Below are positions 46,527-56,391 of a stretch of 64,000 nucleotides of DNA, piece by piece. The notes under the pieces were generated by a model. The model did not search any database. It was given only the letters and a program-made list of their open reading frames with translations, and was not told the DNA's origin. The position numbers and the translations under genes are program-made. Positions within the stretch are counted from its first letter, which is position 1, and each line of letters starts with the position of its first letter. Origin of the DNA: Patescibacteria group bacterium (GTDB lineage: Bacteria; Patescibacteriota; Microgenomatia; Levybacterales; UBA12049); assembly GCA_035946335.1 (NCBI GenBank), contig DASYZL010000006.1:1772-65771 (forward strand). The letters are read 5' to 3'.

Positions 46527-47477
46527 CTATTTTGAGGTAATTTGCACTTCCTTAATTTTGTAATTTCGGAAAAATGTTACGGTAAATAAACTACCAGCCG
46601 GCCTCTGTCCAACTTCGCGGTTTAGGGAATCCACGCCGGAGATATGTTTATCGTTAACTTGAAAAATGAGATCTCCTTTTTGGAATCCGGCATTTTCTGC
46701 TGCGCTCCCCTTTTGCACGGAAAGTATTTCTACCATTGTTGGGAATGTAAGCTTGAATATTTTTTGGATTTGCACTGCGATTGATACTGTTTTTGCAGTA
46801 ATACCAAGTACACCCCGTTTTACCTTGCCAAATCGGATTAATTCACTAATAACCCACGTAGCGGTATTACTCGGTACTGCAAGACCAATGCCTTGTGCCA
46901 TCTGCATTATCGCGGTATTAATCCCTATAACTTTTCCCTGACTATCAACTAATGGACCCCCGGAATTTCCCGGGTTGAGTGAAGAATCTGTTTGAATGAC
47001 ATTTTCTATGAATTTCCCGTTCTGACTTTGCATGGTTCTTCCTAGAGCTGAAATGACTCCTGCTGAAACGGTACTTTGAAATCCGTATGGGTTTCCAATA
47101 GCAATGACGAGTTGTCCTACTCTCAGTTTTTCTGAATTACCAAGGCTTGCGAAGGGCAAACTATTGTCAAGAAGCCTGAGTAATGCAAGATCAGTAGTGG
47201 GATCTGTACCAATTAATTGACCATCATACGATTTTCCTGTTGTCAACGTCACTTCAGTTGCTTTAGCACCATGCACAACATGGTTATTCGTGAGAACAAA
47301 TCCATCAGGGGTAATAATAATACCCGAACCTATACCTTGACCTTCCCTGCTGTCTTTACTTACGAAGCTTTTGATTTGCACCACAGCCGGCCCTACTGTA
47401 TCTACTACATGGATAACAGCATTTGAGTAAGCGTCCAAAAGTTGGTCGTCATGTTCCTGTTCGCGTTTCTGATTCAT
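46527..47477 (-). CDS. HtrA/DegP-family trypsin-like serine protease with PDZ domain
   Basis: Catalytic His (LTNNHVV), Asp, and Ser in GNSGGPLVD. C-terminal PDZ-like region. Confidence 0.85.
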   Translation of the reverse strand: MNQKREQEHDDQLLDAYSNAVIHVVDTVGPAVVQIKSFVSKDSREGQGIGSGIIITPDGFVLTNNHVVHGAKATEVTLTTGKSYDGQLIGTDPTTDLALLRLLDNSLPFASLGNSEKLRVGQLVIAIGNPYGFQSTVSAGVISALGRTMQSQNGKFIENVIQTDSSLNPGNSGGPLVDSQGKVIGINTAIMQMAQGIGLAVPSNTATWVISELIRFGKVKRGVLGITAKTVSIAVQIQKIFKLTFPTMVEILSVQKGSAAENAGFQKGDLIFQVNDKHISGVDSLNREVGQRPAGSLFTVTFFRNYKIKEVQITSK

Positions 47478-47568
47478 GAGAACGTGTTCTCTGAGGGCTA
47501 TAAACTTAGCAGTCGGAGTTAGGCTATGCTAACACTAGTTTTCGCTTCTGTCAAATAGTTTTCATCCA

Positions 47569-47970
47569 CTATGTTGAAGTTTGCAGGGAATCGTCAAGTG
47601 AGTCAACCATCTGAAATAAACGATCCTTTGCAAAACGATTGCAAGACGAATCTTCTCGAATCATGTCTCTCACAGAATTAACAAGTACTCCTTTTTCGGG
47701 GAAGGTTAATTCAAACACCTCGGGAGGAAGGTAATATTTCTGTGAAGCTACATCAGTATCAAACTTTACGAATGCTTCTAGTGCTTGATCCTGTGTGAAA
47801 ACCTGCATGTCACAGCCTTCCCCCTTTCTCGTAAGTAAAACTACTTTGTCAGGTTGTTGCTCAAGATAACAAAATGCAACATATGTTACAGGGCTTGGAA
47901 ATGGAATACATATTTTTTGTAATATGCTTGTCCTATTTGGCAATGAACTGCTTAGCTTCTCTTGGTTCAT
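47569..47970 (-). CDS. Hypothetical protein
   Basis: 133-aa ORF. No motif recognised. Confidence 0.35.
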   Translation of the reverse strand: MNQEKLSSSLPNRTSILQKICIPFPSPVTYVAFCYLEQQPDKVVLLTRKGEGCDMQVFTQDQALEAFVKFDTDVASQKYYLPPEVFELTFPEKGVLVNSVRDMIREDSSCNRFAKDRLFQMVDSLDDSLQTST

Positions 47971-48483
47971 GAGTAATTGATAGCACGACTATATCATAAG
48001 TTAGTAGAGAATTAGTAATGATGTTCTAAGAATTACAAATATGGGTACAATTACACGAAGGTACAAAAGCGACCATCATCGAAAGACGTTTTTGTTAATT
48101 ATTAAATCTTTTCGTTTATTTCCGTTCTCCCATTTTTCAACGTGTTTTGAGGTCTAAAAACGGAAATGATGATAGAGGATTTAGATTGATAAGACAGCAT
48201 TTTCAAAAATCTTCATTGCCGAACTTGTACCTTTATGTGGTTTTATCCATATATCTGATTAAAATGAAATTAAACTTTTTGTTCTTTGCTCTTCTTCTCG
48301 CTATATAATAAACAAAATGCATACAGAGAGAACTGGCATAAGTGCGAGGAACAGGAGAACAAATGGAGCATTACATACACTTATTCGCAGCATGGATCTT
48401 TGTATCCGCAATTTTTGCAAGACGCATCGCGGCTTCCTGGCATTTCCCCTATTAAAAAACCGCATTGTGGACAGGGCTGCATA

Positions 48484-50037
48484 TTATTTCCCCTGGTAAT
48501 GCACCAACCTATATATATCAACAACAACTACATGCTTTTTTTCTGCGATGTCAGCCCTGCCAAATCCTGCGATCTCCCATAAGGAATACCCCAATGGCCC
48601 ACATGGTACACTTTCACATACAACAATCAGCTGTTTGGTAACGGTTTTCCGTTGCGGATCTACTGACGGGTTTTCAATGGTTACTGGCGGGTGTCCCCAT
48701 ATTGTCAGAAAATACCGGTATGCATAATCTGAATTACCCCCGGTGATCAGGGCAAAATTGTACGGTTGGCTATGAGTCATCTGTAAAACATTCTGTGCAA
48801 TAATTTCTGTTTGTTGCAGTTGCTTATTTGCAGGATAACGGAATGGGACACCAGTAAGATTAATAGCAACGAGCACGAGGAGCAAAACAGTGGCAATACC
48901 TTTAACTACTAAGTTTTTCCTCAGCAGAAAACTGCCTACTTCCCCAACAAGGAAAAACGGCAAGGGAAATATAAATTCCAGATAGTAATCATAAATTGCT
49001 TTCCGGTAAAACCCGAACAGAATAACACCAAAGAAAAGCCATAAGACAAGTAAGCTATATTGCAGAAATTTGTCGGAACTGTTCCGATGTTTCCACAACA
49101 GGAATAACAGGTTTCCTGTTGCGACAATACCGACAACCCAAACCGCAACCATCCAAATAGCGAGAGTGGGAGTAATGGTTTTATACAAATCAGGAGAAGG
49201 AATGTTGAGAACAAGCCTTCCAAAAAGTCTATAAAAAACGTCAAGAAAATTCAGTGAAAATCCTGCTCCTGCACCTGCTTCTTTTGACATAAACACAAAC
49301 TGGAGAATGCTTCGGGTATTGGGGAAACCATGACGAGCTTCAAACGCCAAAAATGGCGACCAGCCAATGAGAAACCCGATAAGAAAAACAACATAGTTTT
49401 TTACTGTAAAAACAATTCCCTGGAGTATGTGCTTTTTTTGATACGAGAAGGCGATGAATATATATACAGCAATAACAACACCGATAAAAACTTCTATGTA
49501 GTGCAATTGCATTACAATACCATAGAGAATACCAACGCAAGCAAATAATCTCCATGAATCTTTTTTCACTGCTTTGTATGCGACAAACAATAACAGTAAA
49601 GTAAAAAAAGGCATAAGGTTCGGGTTCCATGAGGAACGTGCATAGGCAATCACCAGGGGAGAAATTGTATACAAGGTTGCCGCAATAAACCCTGTTGTTT
49701 TATTAAAAAACCGTTCGCCTACAAAGTATACTAACCATACTGTTGCAACGCCGAATAATGCAACCATGACAGCCGGACCCACTGGATCATACTGGAATAA
49801 CCATAAAAACGGAGCAATGAAATAGTAGTAAATAGGACCTAAGAAAAAACCACCAACTGACGCTGTGGGACCAAGGAGCGTCAAATGCCCGTGTAAAATA
49901 TTATATGCAATGAGTACGTCTCTCCCTTCATCACCAAGAAACGTCAGGTAATCACGAATATGATATAACCTGAGAAATGCGGCAAGAAGAAGCAGAAGAA
50001 AAAGAGAGATGTGAAAAGAAAATAGTTTTTTTATCAT
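48484..50037 (-). CDS. Glycosyltransferase family 39/83 (ArnT/PMT-like polyprenyl-phosphate-sugar dependent transferase)
   Basis: ~12 TM. N-terminal loop motif FLGDEGRD (DE motif of GT-C PMT/ArnT enzymes). Confidence 0.7.
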   Translation of the reverse strand: MIKKLFSFHISLFLLLLLAAFLRLYHIRDYLTFLGDEGRDVLIAYNILHGHLTLLGPTASVGGFFLGPIYYYFIAPFLWLFQYDPVGPAVMVALFGVATVWLVYFVGERFFNKTTGFIAATLYTISPLVIAYARSSWNPNLMPFFTLLLLFVAYKAVKKDSWRLFACVGILYGIVMQLHYIEVFIGVVIAVYIFIAFSYQKKHILQGIVFTVKNYVVFLIGFLIGWSPFLAFEARHGFPNTRSILQFVFMSKEAGAGAGFSLNFLDVFYRLFGRLVLNIPSPDLYKTITPTLAIWMVAVWVVGIVATGNLLFLLWKHRNSSDKFLQYSLLVLWLFFGVILFGFYRKAIYDYYLEFIFPLPFFLVGEVGSFLLRKNLVVKGIATVLLLVLVAINLTGVPFRYPANKQLQQTEIIAQNVLQMTHSQPYNFALITGGNSDYAYRYFLTIWGHPPVTIENPSVDPQRKTVTKQLIVVCESVPCGPLGYSLWEIAGFGRADIAEKKHVVVVDIYRLVHYQGK

Positions 50038-50109
50038 ACGTTCTGTAACCTGTTCAGGTTGACAGAGGAAAAACGTTCCGCATAGCTTGAAGCGTAATCA
50101 TAGAAGTAG

Positions 50110-51327
50110 TTACTTTTTCTTTTTCCAGATTATTTTATTGTAAATAAGATAATTCATCGGGATGACGATAAAGGCAATGGTCGGCACAAGAATAATGTCC
50201 CTTGTGGGAATATGGAATGAAAAAATGGTTGTTGCTGGTCCGAAAGCAAGTACACCAATCCATATTGCCAGAAACTGGACAATAACCGCACCGAATGATG
50301 TCAGGTTGAAGGTAATACCCCTTTTGATAGTTTGGAAAATATTACTGTGTGCCCTGTCGTGAAATGTCCACAGGTTATTAAGTGTAAAATTAAAGAGAAT
50401 CGCTCCTTCAGCCCCGATTCCTGCAGCGACACCGTTAGCAAAAGCAACAGTATCAGATGTATGGACAAGAACTGTAAGTAACGGATGCAAAAGCACGGCA
50501 AGAAAGGACGCAACCCCTGTATAATAGGATCCTTCCTGCAAGGCAAGTTGGATTATAAACCCTGTTCCTCCCACTATAAGAAATTTAATAAACCGTTCAA
50601 ACTCTTTCAAACGGGTAAAAATAACAAACCGCAACACATCCATAATGTAACTGAAGGAAGCAATCTTTGAGCTACCCAGTTTCCTGTCTGAAAAATGCAA
50701 AGGAACTTCCCCGATTTTATATCCATCCCGTACTGCCTTATGCAAGAATGCTATCTGAAAAATATATCCGCCGAAATTTGCCATCTCCGGACGAACTTTC
50801 AGAAATACCTCTTTCCGTATAGCACGAAACCCCCCTGTCCAGTCATGAATGCTGAATTTTGTAAAGACGGTTCTCACAAACAGGTTAGCAGTAATTGAAA
50901 ACATCTTTCTTTGTAACGGCCAGTTTTCAGGAATAGAACCGCCCCCGCTGTAGCGAGTCTGGATGACCATATCATATCCCTCATCTATCTTCTTTACAAA
51001 CTTCACGATATCATGCGGGTCAAACTGAAAATCCGCATCAATTTCTATAACTACGTCCGCTCCTCTCTTTTCTATTGCTTCCCCCATAGTGCGAAGATAC
51101 GCTGCGCCTAATCCTTTTCTCTCTCCTTGATTCATATCAAGATTTTTATATTTCTTCATCAAACTCTTTATAATGTCGCCAGTCCCGTCAGGAGAATAAT
51201 CATCCGCAACAAGAATGTACATCTCGTGATCTTTTATTCTCGGGAACACTTCTTCTTCCAGAACGGTAATAAACTTTTCAATATTATCTTTTTCATTGTA
51301 TGTTGCAGGAATTACAAAAATTTTCAT
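50110..51327 (-). CDS. GT2 polyprenyl-phosphate sugar synthase (DPM1-like) fused to GtrA-like membrane domain
   Basis: N-terminal IPATYNEKDNI...LVADDYSPDGT (GT2_DPM-like, DxD-type) and a C-terminal 4-TM GtrA-family region. Confidence 0.8.
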   Translation of the reverse strand: MKIFVIPATYNEKDNIEKFITVLEEEVFPRIKDHEMYILVADDYSPDGTGDIIKSLMKKYKNLDMNQGERKGLGAAYLRTMGEAIEKRGADVVIEIDADFQFDPHDIVKFVKKIDEGYDMVIQTRYSGGGSIPENWPLQRKMFSITANLFVRTVFTKFSIHDWTGGFRAIRKEVFLKVRPEMANFGGYIFQIAFLHKAVRDGYKIGEVPLHFSDRKLGSSKIASFSYIMDVLRFVIFTRLKEFERFIKFLIVGGTGFIIQLALQEGSYYTGVASFLAVLLHPLLTVLVHTSDTVAFANGVAAGIGAEGAILFNFTLNNLWTFHDRAHSNIFQTIKRGITFNLTSFGAVIVQFLAIWIGVLAFGPATTIFSFHIPTRDIILVPTIAFIVIPMNYLIYNKIIWKKKK

Positions 51328-52286
51328 ACCGTCTTAAAATATTCTATTGTTTTTTGTAGTCCTTCTTCAAGGGGAACTTTTGGCTCCCAGCCTAACAATT
51401 TTTTCGCTTTAGAAATATCCGGACAACGCCTGTTCGGATCATCCGCTGGTAATTCCTCAAACACAATTTGTGAAGATGACTTTGTTAGTTTTTTGATAAG
51501 TTGGGCAAATACTTTAATAGATCTTTCATTCGGATTTCCAAGATTGACTACTTCTCCATTTATATTCTTTGTAAACATGAGTTTCATAAGCCCTTCAACC
51601 AAATCAGAAACAAAGCAGAAAGAGCGTGTTTGCTTTCCTTTTCCATAGATCGTCAGGGGTTCATTGTGTAGCGACTGTAAAATAAAATTGGAAACAACCC
51701 GTCCATCATCATTTTGCATATGCGGCCCGTAGGTATTAAAAATTCGCGCAATACGGGCATCCAGAGAAAACTTCCGTACGTATGCTATTGTTATCGCTTC
51801 ACCAAACCGCTTCCCTTCGTCATAGACCGACCGGATACCATTGGGATTCACGTTTCCCCAATAGGTTTCAACCTGTGGTGAAACTTTCGGATCACCATAT
51901 ACTTCAGATGTAGAGGCGTATAGAAATCGTGAAGACATTTTTTTTGCAAGGTTTAACAGGATATAGGTTCCCTGCGAATTGACACGGAGTGTTTCAATTG
52001 GATAGCTCATATAACTGCGCGGACTTTTCAGGTTCGGAGAAGCTGGAGAGGCAAGGTGAAAAATATATTGCGGAAGAGGAATATGCTCAAAATCATGCTC
52101 AGTAAGCAGTAAAATATCTTTCTGTAAAAAATGAAAGTGAGCATTTGAAAAAAACGGATTGATATTCTTTTTACTGCTCGTCAGAAAGTTATCGATACAA
52201 ACAACTTCATATCCATCAGCAAGCAACCGCTTGCATAGATGTGAACCAATAAATCCTGCGCCACCCGCAATGTATACGGTTTGCAT
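51324..52286 (-). CDS. UDP-glucuronate decarboxylase (UDP-xylose synthase)-like SDR
   Basis: GGAGFIGSH Rossmann motif, catalytic YDEGKR, and DNF...F pattern typical of UXS/ArnA-decarboxylase. ATGA overlap with the GT2 gene. Confidence 0.75.
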   Translation of the reverse strand: MQTVYIAGGAGFIGSHLCKRLLADGYEVVCIDNFLTSSKKNINPFFSNAHFHFLQKDILLLTEHDFEHIPLPQYIFHLASPASPNLKSPRSYMSYPIETLRVNSQGTYILLNLAKKMSSRFLYASTSEVYGDPKVSPQVETYWGNVNPNGIRSVYDEGKRFGEAITIAYVRKFSLDARIARIFNTYGPHMQNDDGRVVSNFILQSLHNEPLTIYGKGKQTRSFCFVSDLVEGLMKLMFTKNINGEVVNLGNPNERSIKVFAQLIKKLTKSSSQIVFEELPADDPNRRCPDISKAKKLLGWEPKVPLEEGLQKTIEYFKTV

Positions 52287-52335
52287 ACAAGCATTATAGA
52301 AGGAAAATATAGTTTATGCAAAGGAGGAGTATATA

Positions 52336-53055
52336 TTATTTTGTTTCCGATTTTTGTAAAAGTGAGAGTACTTGCATTACTGCTTCAGAGTGAAAGAGTA
52401 CTTTATGATGTCCTTTTTCATGAATACGGATATTCTCAGCTCCTTGCAAGTAACTACCACTTGGGATGTGGTTATCAAATTCCGGAAAAATAGAAACAAT
52501 TTGGCCATTCACTTCCTCATGTGACTGAAGTTCGCGGATCACCTCACTTCCTGGAAGCAATTCTTTAAATGGGGTAAATGGTACTACTCCTGCAACAGGC
52601 GAGCCGGAAAACGGCGTTGCAATCGCTATCAATGTATCTATCCGACCATCTTCATTATCATGAACTAAAAGATATTTTCCAATCAAACCGCCTTTACTAT
52701 GTGCTATAAGTACGACATGATTGAGATTGTTCTTTTCTATTACTTCACGCGTAATCCTTGCTGAATCCTGAATTGTATGGAGATTGTCACCCAAACTCGG
52801 AACTACGTAGACCGCATGCCCTGCTTGAGAAACTGCGTCTCCGATCTTTCTGAGAAAACCCCACCGTTCAATGATACCAGGCAGAAGAATAACCGGAGAT
52901 TTACCTTCTTCATGCTCAAGATAATAGCTCGGTGGTTTAGGAGAAAGATGAGACCGTAGTTGTTCTGTCAAGAGACGAGTATAATCGGAGGTCCAAACTT
53001 TTATTTTTTCCATAATTCCCATATGTATGCATGGTTTATAATACAAAAGGTGCAA
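52336..53055 (-). CDS. Alpha/beta hydrolase (esterase/lipase-like)
   Basis: GxSxG nucleophile elbow AHSKGG. ~240 aa. Confidence 0.6.
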   Translation of the reverse strand: MHLLYYKPCIHMGIMEKIKVWTSDYTRLLTEQLRSHLSPKPPSYYLEHEEGKSPVILLPGIIERWGFLRKIGDAVSQAGHAVYVVPSLGDNLHTIQDSARITREVIEKNNLNHVVLIAHSKGGLIGKYLLVHDNEDGRIDTLIAIATPFSGSPVAGVVPFTPFKELLPGSEVIRELQSHEEVNGQIVSIFPEFDNHIPSGSYLQGAENIRIHEKGHHKVLFHSEAVMQVLSLLQKSETK

Positions 53056-53269
53056 GCATCTTGGATTGTTTCATGTACGACTTATTCACATTGTCAAAGT
53101 GTTTCACAAGCAATTCTTCTTCATCTTCTGCATGGTAACAACCCTAGAGACAAAATTTGAGTAAGACATATTACTAGACTAACATAGCAATATATCTCTC
53201 GCAATACGTGGTTGTGACAAAATAGGGGTGGAAATTCTATTTCGCGTATGTTACAGTTATAATCATTCT

Positions 53270-54268
53270 ATGGGCAAGAAGGCACTGATTGTTGGTGTTT
53301 CCTCACAAGACGGTTCATATTTGGCGGAATTTTTGCTTGACAAAGGGTACGAAGTTATAGGCACAATCCGCCATTCCACAAATTTTTACCAGGAAAATAT
53401 CTCTCACCTGTATGGGAAAATTGCAATCAGAGCAGCTGATGTCATTGATGGAGAAAGCATTGCTGATGTGGTAAAACACTATAAACCTGATGAAGTATAT
53501 AATATGGCTGCACAATCAATTCCTGCAGACAGTTGGACACATCCGTTCTACACCGGTGAAGTAACAGCATTGGGGCCTGTACGGGTTTTAGAAGCAATAA
53601 AACATCATGCACCTAACGCCCGGTTTTATCAAGCAACCAGTCGCGAAATCTACGGCAATGTCAGTGGAACTATTACTGAAGAAGCGGCATATGATGCAAA
53701 CAACCCGTATGGGATTGCAAAAGCATATGCACATATGATGACACGCTGCTACCGTGAGTCATTCGGGATTTTTGCGTGCGGAGGCATTCTCTTTAATCAC
53801 GAGAGTCCACGGCGGAGCCTACATTTTGTCACACGGAAAATTTCTGCAGGTGTCGCGTGTATCAAAAACAAGGTAAAAAATCCACCCCTTAATGAACTTG
53901 GAGAACCATTAATTAAAAATGGTAAATTGCATATGGGAGATTTGGACAGTATGCGTGATTGGGGGTATGCAAAGGAATATGTTGAAGCGATGTGGCTCAT
54001 GCTGCAGCATGAGAAACCACAGGACTATGTTATCGGGACGAATACCTCTTATGCTGTCAGGGAAGCATGCCGGCTTGCCTTTGCACATGTAGGACTGAGC
54101 TGGGAAGATTATGTTGTGTCTGATAAACGGCTATTCAGACCTACGGAAATTAAGCATTTAAAGGGTGATTATACAAAAGCAAAAAAGGAATTGGGCTGGG
54201 AACCGAAAACGTATCTTGAAGATTTAATGAACTTAATGGTTGATGCTGATTTAGAGCGATTTACGTAA
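53270..54268 (+). CDS. gmd: GDP-mannose 4,6-dehydratase
   Basis: KKALIVGVSSQDGSYLAEFLLDKGYEV...RHSTNF matches the GMD N-terminus. Start placed at Met MGKKALIVG. Confidence 0.85.
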   Translation: MGKKALIVGVSSQDGSYLAEFLLDKGYEVIGTIRHSTNFYQENISHLYGKIAIRAADVIDGESIADVVKHYKPDEVYNMAAQSIPADSWTHPFYTGEVTALGPVRVLEAIKHHAPNARFYQATSREIYGNVSGTITEEAAYDANNPYGIAKAYAHMMTRCYRESFGIFACGGILFNHESPRRSLHFVTRKISAGVACIKNKVKNPPLNELGEPLIKNGKLHMGDLDSMRDWGYAKEYVEAMWLMLQHEKPQDYVIGTNTSYAVREACRLAFAHVGLSWEDYVVSDKRLFRPTEIKHLKGDYTKAKKELGWEPKTYLEDLMNLMVDADLERFT

Positions 54269-54293
54269 GCACCTTTTTATCATATATGATAAG

Positions 54294-54938
54294 ATGAAAC
54301 GCGCTAATCATACGCCGCTTGTCCCTTTACACATTCTCCAAACGTTTACCGTTCCCGCTGATGCAAAACAATCAAATAAACTGCTGGATACATTTCAAAA
54401 GAAATGGAAACAAGAACATGGTGGAAAGAAAGGGATAGCTTTTGCTCCTTTCCGTGGACAACCTTGGCATCCCGGCCATGTACACGTGATACAAGCAGCA
54501 CTCCTTATTGCAAACCAGCTAATCATCGGCATTGGGAGTGCAAATATAAGCAGGACCGACGAAAACCCCTGGACAGCGAACGAGAGAAAAACTATGCTCA
54601 TTGATTTACTGAAACGGGAACAGATTGACAGGAATCGTATTCGTATTATTACCATAGATGATGATCCAAGCGATGATATCTGGTTACAAAAAACGCTTGA
54701 AAAAACGGGAAAACAGATAGATGTCGTTGTCAGTAATAATGAGTGGGTAAGTAGCATTTTTCAAAATGCACATTACGTAACACAAACAGTTCCGTTTCTT
54801 GGCGGAACATTACCTAACGGAAAAGCATACGAAAAGCGGATTAAAGCAGAAGAAATCAGAGCGTTTTTACGTGAAAAGGGATATCTACCGTCGTTTGAAA
54901 AAAATCAGAATACGGGAAGCCTGGCAATAACAGCGTAA
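54294..54938 (+). CDS. Cytidylyltransferase-like nucleotidyltransferase (NMNAT/NadM-like fold)
   Basis: (H/T)xGH-type motif: GIAFAPFRGQPWHPGHVHVIQ. ~214 aa. Confidence 0.5.
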   Translation: MKRANHTPLVPLHILQTFTVPADAKQSNKLLDTFQKKWKQEHGGKKGIAFAPFRGQPWHPGHVHVIQAALLIANQLIIGIGSANISRTDENPWTANERKTMLIDLLKREQIDRNRIRIITIDDDPSDDIWLQKTLEKTGKQIDVVVSNNEWVSSIFQNAHYVTQTVPFLGGTLPNGKAYEKRIKAEEIRAFLREKGYLPSFEKNQNTGSLAITA

Positions 54939-54945
54939 ATATACT

Positions 54946-55434
54946 ATGGATTACCATAAGTCTGTTGAGCAAATTATTCGCTTATTGGAATCGCACGATT
55001 GCTGGTTTGAGTCGTTTGAACATGAACCGGTCGTCACGTGTAAAGAAGCAGTAAAAACCCGTCCTGGCTATACGCTTGAACAAGGGGTAAAAGCGTTAAT
55101 TATCCGGGCAAAAATTCCTCATATTGGCAAAAAATTTGTTATGATTGTTTTTCCTGCCCATCAAAAATTTGATACTAAAAAAGTAAATCGGGTATTAAAC
55201 ACAAAAGATATTCGTTTTGCTACAGTTGACGAAGTATTACAACTCACAGACGGAGTACAACCAGGAGGAATACCACCGTTTGGCAATATCTTTTCTCTAG
55301 AAATCATTGCGGACAAAACACTATTTGAACAGGAGAAGATTGTTTTTAATGCAGGAGACCGGCGGTTTTCTCTTGCAATAAAATCAGAGGATTATCTCAA
55401 AACGGCTAAGCCTCGTATCGAAAATATTATTTAG
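54946..55434 (+). CDS. YbaK/ProX-type aminoacyl-tRNA deacylase domain protein
   Basis: ...GGIPPFG... and overall size (162 aa) match the YbaK/ProRS-associated deacylase family. Confidence 0.6.
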   Translation: MDYHKSVEQIIRLLESHDCWFESFEHEPVVTCKEAVKTRPGYTLEQGVKALIIRAKIPHIGKKFVMIVFPAHQKFDTKKVNRVLNTKDIRFATVDEVLQLTDGVQPGGIPPFGNIFSLEIIADKTLFEQEKIVFNAGDRRFSLAIKSEDYLKTAKPRIENII

Positions 55435-56391
55435 CTACTGTTTCCTCCAATATGCTAATACATCCTGTAATGATTTCTTCAAAGGGATTGTTGTCTTCCA
55501 TTCCGTGAGTTTCTTCATTTTTGACGGGTCACAAACAAGTTCAGGATTATCACTGGGACGAAGCAGTGATGGATCTTGTGCAACAGTAATTTTTACTGTG
55601 CTCATAGCTAAAAGCATGTCCAAAACGTCTTGAATCGCATATTGTTTTCCTGAACCGATATTATAGACGTCTCCTGTTTGTCCTCTTTCCATTAACAAGG
55701 CGTATGCTTTTACCATATCCCGGACATCAGTGAAATCCCGTTTTGCTTCCAGATTACCAACGCTGATAACCGGCTTCTGTTTTCCCTTTTCAATTAACGC
55801 AATTTGGCTTGCAAAATCCGCTATTACAAACCCTTTTGTCTGCCTGGAACCAATGTGGGGGAACGGACGGACACGGATAATTGGTTGACGATAGGAAAGA
55901 AAGTACTGCAGCCCTAAAAAATCCTGAGCAATTTTTGAAACCGCGTAAGGATTTGCAGGACGGAGTGGTGTTTCTTCATCAATCGGTAAATCTTCTTTCT
56001 TTACATACCCGTATACTTCTGCCGATGAAACAAGCAGCAGTTTTGTCTTTGTCAAGTTCTGTTTTCGTACACTCTCCAGCAGGAAAATCTCAGCATCAAT
56101 GTTATTGTGAAATGTTTCGGAAGGATTAACAAAACTATTTCTTACTGATGACGATGCTGCAAGATGGTATATTTCGTCAAGTTTTTTTGTAGTAATAAGT
56201 GCATTAACATCATGCTGATGGGTTAAATCAATCCGGACAAGATCAAGTTTTTTTTCTATTGCAGAAACATTTTTCAAACTTTTTTCAGCTAAAAATGTAC
56301 CGGTAATATGCACATTACCTGTGTTTACAAGCAGTTCAGCAAGATGGCTTCCGGCAAAACCGGTAATACCGGTGATGAGAATATTTTTCAT
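55435..56391 (-). CDS. NAD-dependent epimerase/dehydratase (extended SDR; possibly GDP-4-keto-6-deoxy-D-mannose reductase-like)
   Basis: ILITGITGFAGSHL Rossmann motif and Y...K catalytic pair. Sits between gmd and ugd. Confidence 0.7.
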   Translation of the reverse strand: MKNILITGITGFAGSHLAELLVNTGNVHITGTFLAEKSLKNVSAIEKKLDLVRIDLTHQHDVNALITTKKLDEIYHLAASSSVRNSFVNPSETFHNNIDAEIFLLESVRKQNLTKTKLLLVSSAEVYGYVKKEDLPIDEETPLRPANPYAVSKIAQDFLGLQYFLSYRQPIIRVRPFPHIGSRQTKGFVIADFASQIALIEKGKQKPVISVGNLEAKRDFTDVRDMVKAYALLMERGQTGDVYNIGSGKQYAIQDVLDMLLAMSTVKITVAQDPSLLRPSDNPELVCDPSKMKKLTEWKTTIPLKKSLQDVLAYWRKQ

